A stretch of 64,000 bases of DNA from Takakia lepidozioides. Its lineage: Eukaryota; Plantae; Bryophyta. The notes beneath the pieces were generated by a model that did not search any database, was not told where the DNA came from, and was given only the letters and a program-made list of their open reading frames with translations. The stretch's first letter is position 1, and every line of letters starts with the position of its first letter. Shown piece after piece: positions 60,837 through 64,000 of the stretch. Made by a program: the position numbers and the translations under genes. The DNA lies in NCBI GenBank assembly GCA_030704615.1, contig CM060731.1, positions 56,172,001 to 56,236,000 of the forward strand, written 5' to 3'.

Positions 60837-62386
60837 ATCCCCACAGTCATCCCATGCACTACGTCACTTGTTGTTTCCAAGCCCTCAGCGGATTTGGGCA
60901 GGATCCTTCTCGTGTCCTGAGTCAGTGGGGCACCTCACTCTTTCATCCATTCCTTCTGCATTTTTATCCTTGCAGTGCGCAGATCGAAGGGTTCCTCTCA
61001 AAATATATTTCTTTCAAAAAGAGAAGGTTCGACACATTCATGTACTCGTCTCCTCATGCCATGTTATTAATTAACTATGAGGTCGTGGTCTGCTTGGTAA
61101 TGAGAAGGTAGGCTGAGGTTGCAAGTTTTGATTTTGCTCTTATCTCACTCAAGCCGGTGAGCACTTCCCTCATAAGCATAAGTTTACATATCTCTCTTGT
61201 GCCATTAACAGCCATCTTACCTCCTGACCTTGATCTGAAGAAACTGGAGTCTCTTTTATTTCAAGTGATGGACGGCATGCCATTGAAATCCATTTGTTTG
61301 CTCATTGGCTCCCAATTTGTGTATGAAAGAATGACCGTGTGCTGGTAGATTTAGTCGTCAAGAAAACTCAGAAGGGTGTTCTAGAGCCTGCTTCTGAAGC
61401 ATCATGTTTGTTTGCGTGAGCACCCCGTGGAATGGGCCCGCCACGTGCCATTGTGTCTGTGGGGGCCTTATGACAAGTCTGCACTGATATGTTGTCAAGG
61501 AACGCACATGCTACCCTCTCATTCATGCTCCGAAATCTTGTCTCACTGCAGGCAATGTGTTCGGCAATGGGTGGATTCAGTCCCCCAACCTTGAACCCTA
61601 ACATGCACGAACTGATGATATGAGGGAATCATTCAATTCCAATCCATGCCACATCAATCAGTAACAGAATACCCAAAGACCATTACAATCACTATGTGAA
61701 ATTTCAAGTGGCCACCATGAGATTGACTTTTGGTGGGTTAAGGCTACATTTCAACATCCATGCAAGTTAGTGAGGCGCTGTATCTGAGGCAGCACTAGGA
61801 AATTACAAGCTTTGGAGAAGCTCCAACACCTATTTTCGTGGAGGCAATGGCAAGATAGCTCGCCAACCAGCGATCACCCGGTGGTCGGACTTACTTCATG
61901 TGACTGCATGGCCATACTTATCAAGTTAACCATATGATCTTAGATAACATCGTCGGTATGTTAAATAAAGTCTTGTGGTTAACATGGTAGGTATATAGAT
62001 GAATTCACAAAAGCCCTTAAATGAATGTGGGTAACCGCTTCTGCAGATCCTTTCAATGAATCCTTCTGAAGCAATGGCCGAAGTGACTCCGCCTATGCTG
62101 GGTAGACCCCACTATCATTTCCTGAGGATATGCCACATGAAAAGCCTATCACCACTTCTTTAGTGAGGATGCTGAAAGGTCCAGTTACCTATAAGCTACA
62201 CAACATTTGGAACTTTCAGAATTATGGCAGAATTCATTACAAATTTTATCACATGGATCCCTCAATAGTCTCTTGTCTCTTGACTCGTCTGTTTGCCCTC
62301 AACAGTACATGTTCAATATTCTCAGGAAATGGTGGATGAACTGAGTAGCTACACAAATCAATGAATGAAGGAAAACCTACACCTCT

Positions 62387-62680
62387 CCAGTGATCCCCAC
62401 AAGAAGAAACCCCATCTTCAAAGTGGTGACAGCGGTTAGCGTCCCGTACAACAATTGCTTAGCCAACAACCTTTGAGATGAACTTGGTGGAGGTGTGGCA
62501 GTCACCACACACCCAAAGATTCTGGATAAGACGGAGGGGCATCCTAGGGACTGCTAATCAGCCCGAAACCAATGGCCATTTTCTCACTGTAGTGGCACAG
62601 AGAAAATCCCTTTTGCTCCTCCCCCACATCATGCACTCCATCATTTTTCTCACCTTTGCACTCTCGTCCCACCTGCCTGT
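62387..62680 (-). pseudogene. DYW-domain fragment of a PPR gene
   Basis: [40 protein letters not shown]. Most of E/E+ is deleted. The 3' flanking unit is duplicated (about 61800-62380 vs 62730-63170). Confidence 0.8.
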
Positions 62681-63190
62681 GCACAGGGCTGCCCCTCTAA
62701 TCAAGCTCCGTACAACTCAAGTCACTTCCATCTACAAGCTTTGGAGAAGCTCAACACCTATGTACGTGGAGACAATGACAAGATAGCTCGCCAACCAGCG
62801 ATCGCCCGGTGGTCGGACTTACTTCCTGTGACATACATACCAAGTTAACCACATCTTAGATAACATCGCCGGTATGTTAAATAAGGTCTTGTGGTTTACA
62901 TGGTAGGTATATAGATGCATTCACAAAAGCCCTGAAATGAATGTGGGTAATCGCTTCTGCAGACGCACCCTTTCAATGTATCCTTCTAAAGCAATGGCCT
63001 CATTTTTTGTTTCAAACAAAGCACTCAGAAGTGACTTCCCGCCTATGCTGGGTAGACCCCACTATCATTTCCTGAGGATACTCAACAGTACATCACGGTC
63101 AATATTCTCAGGAAGTGGTGGATGAATTGAGTAGCTATACAGATCAATGAATGAAGCAAAACACTCACACCTCTCCAAGAAAACATCGTT

Positions 63191-63830
63191 TCACCAGTAA
63201 TCCCCACAAGAACAAACCCCCTCTTCAAAGTGGTGAAAGAGGTTAGCATCCCGTACAATAATTGCTCGCCCAACAATTTTTTAGATGAATTTGGTGGAAC
63301 TGTGGTAGTCACCACACACCCGAAGATTCTTGATGAGACGGAGGGGCGTCCTAGGGACCATGCTATCAGCCCAAAACCAATGGCCAGCTTCTCACTGTGG
63401 TGGCACACAGAAAATTCCTTTTGCTCCTCCCCCACACAATCTTCTCAACTCAGCATGGATTTCCTTAATTTTGGGATGCAAGTTGTCATCTACAATAACG
63501 GTGTGCACCCTGTTACCAACCTCAATGCAGTAGCGACCTGACTCCTTTCTAACCCCCCTCACCTTCATCATCTTTCTCACCTTTGCACTATCATCCCACC
63601 TGCCAGCTGCCGCATAGATGTTTGATAACAACACATAAGGCGCGGCATCCTGTTCATCCCACTTGAGAAGAGATGTTGCCGCACGTTCAGCCATCTCCAC
63701 ATTGCCATGGATTCTACAAGCACCAAGCAAGGCCTTCCACACCACAACATCTGGTTTCATTGGCATTGTATTATTGAGGTCCTCTGCCTCAGCCAATGGC
63801 CCCACACATCCAAGAAGATCCACCGGGTGA
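63191..63830 (-). pseudogene. E-DYW PPR pseudogene 3' portion
   Basis: [47 protein letters not shown], with an internal deletion and frameshifts. Close paralogue of 34205-34894. Confidence 0.88.
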
Positions 63831-64000
63831 TTGCAGCCTAGAGTGTCCATGATGCGACACGATCACGAGTATATGAGATGTCCTTAAGCTGGCGCGAGTT
63901 TTGAAAAATAAAATTTTTGACCGTCGGATGAAGTCAATCCAGATCGTCGGCCAAAAGAACCGTGTCAAAACAATATGGGCGGGATTTTCAAAAATAAAAA

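Noticed and set aside
63860-64000. Possible start of another TIR element truncating the PPR pseudogene
   Set aside because: It runs off the window edge, so the partner end cannot be seen.

Overview
Eukaryotic nuclear DNA from a land plant, most likely a non-seed plant such as a bryophyte (spliceosomal introns, many PLS/DYW-type PPR RNA-editing genes, algal-type transposons). Two intact multi-exon host genes are present: a TRAIP-like RING E3 ligase (1024-6496, -) and an NmrA-like NAD(P)-binding protein (50498-53210, -). There is also one long PLS-E PPR ORF (54099-56189) and several PPR-DYW pseudogenes. The rest is nested mobile DNA: a decayed L1 LINE with insertions, an RNase H + restriction-like-endonuclease non-LTR element (Dualen/RandI-like), an endonuclease-bearing Helitron (Helentron), a Copia element with TG...TA LTRs, tRNA-derived SINEs, TIR elements and RTE-X-like LINEs. 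The most striking object is a Ty3/Gypsy retrotransposon (about 23.8-33.0 kb, -). Its pol region carries a complete DNMT3-like C5 cytosine methyltransferase between protease and reverse transcriptase and a PHD finger after integrase, and an extra unknown 249-aa ORF lies upstream of gag. This element sits inside an 11.2-kb mosaic block with captured host fragments (PPR, SUMO exon 1, Obg GTPase), bounded by a 6-bp direct repeat. All calls come from reading motifs by eye; no database searches were run.
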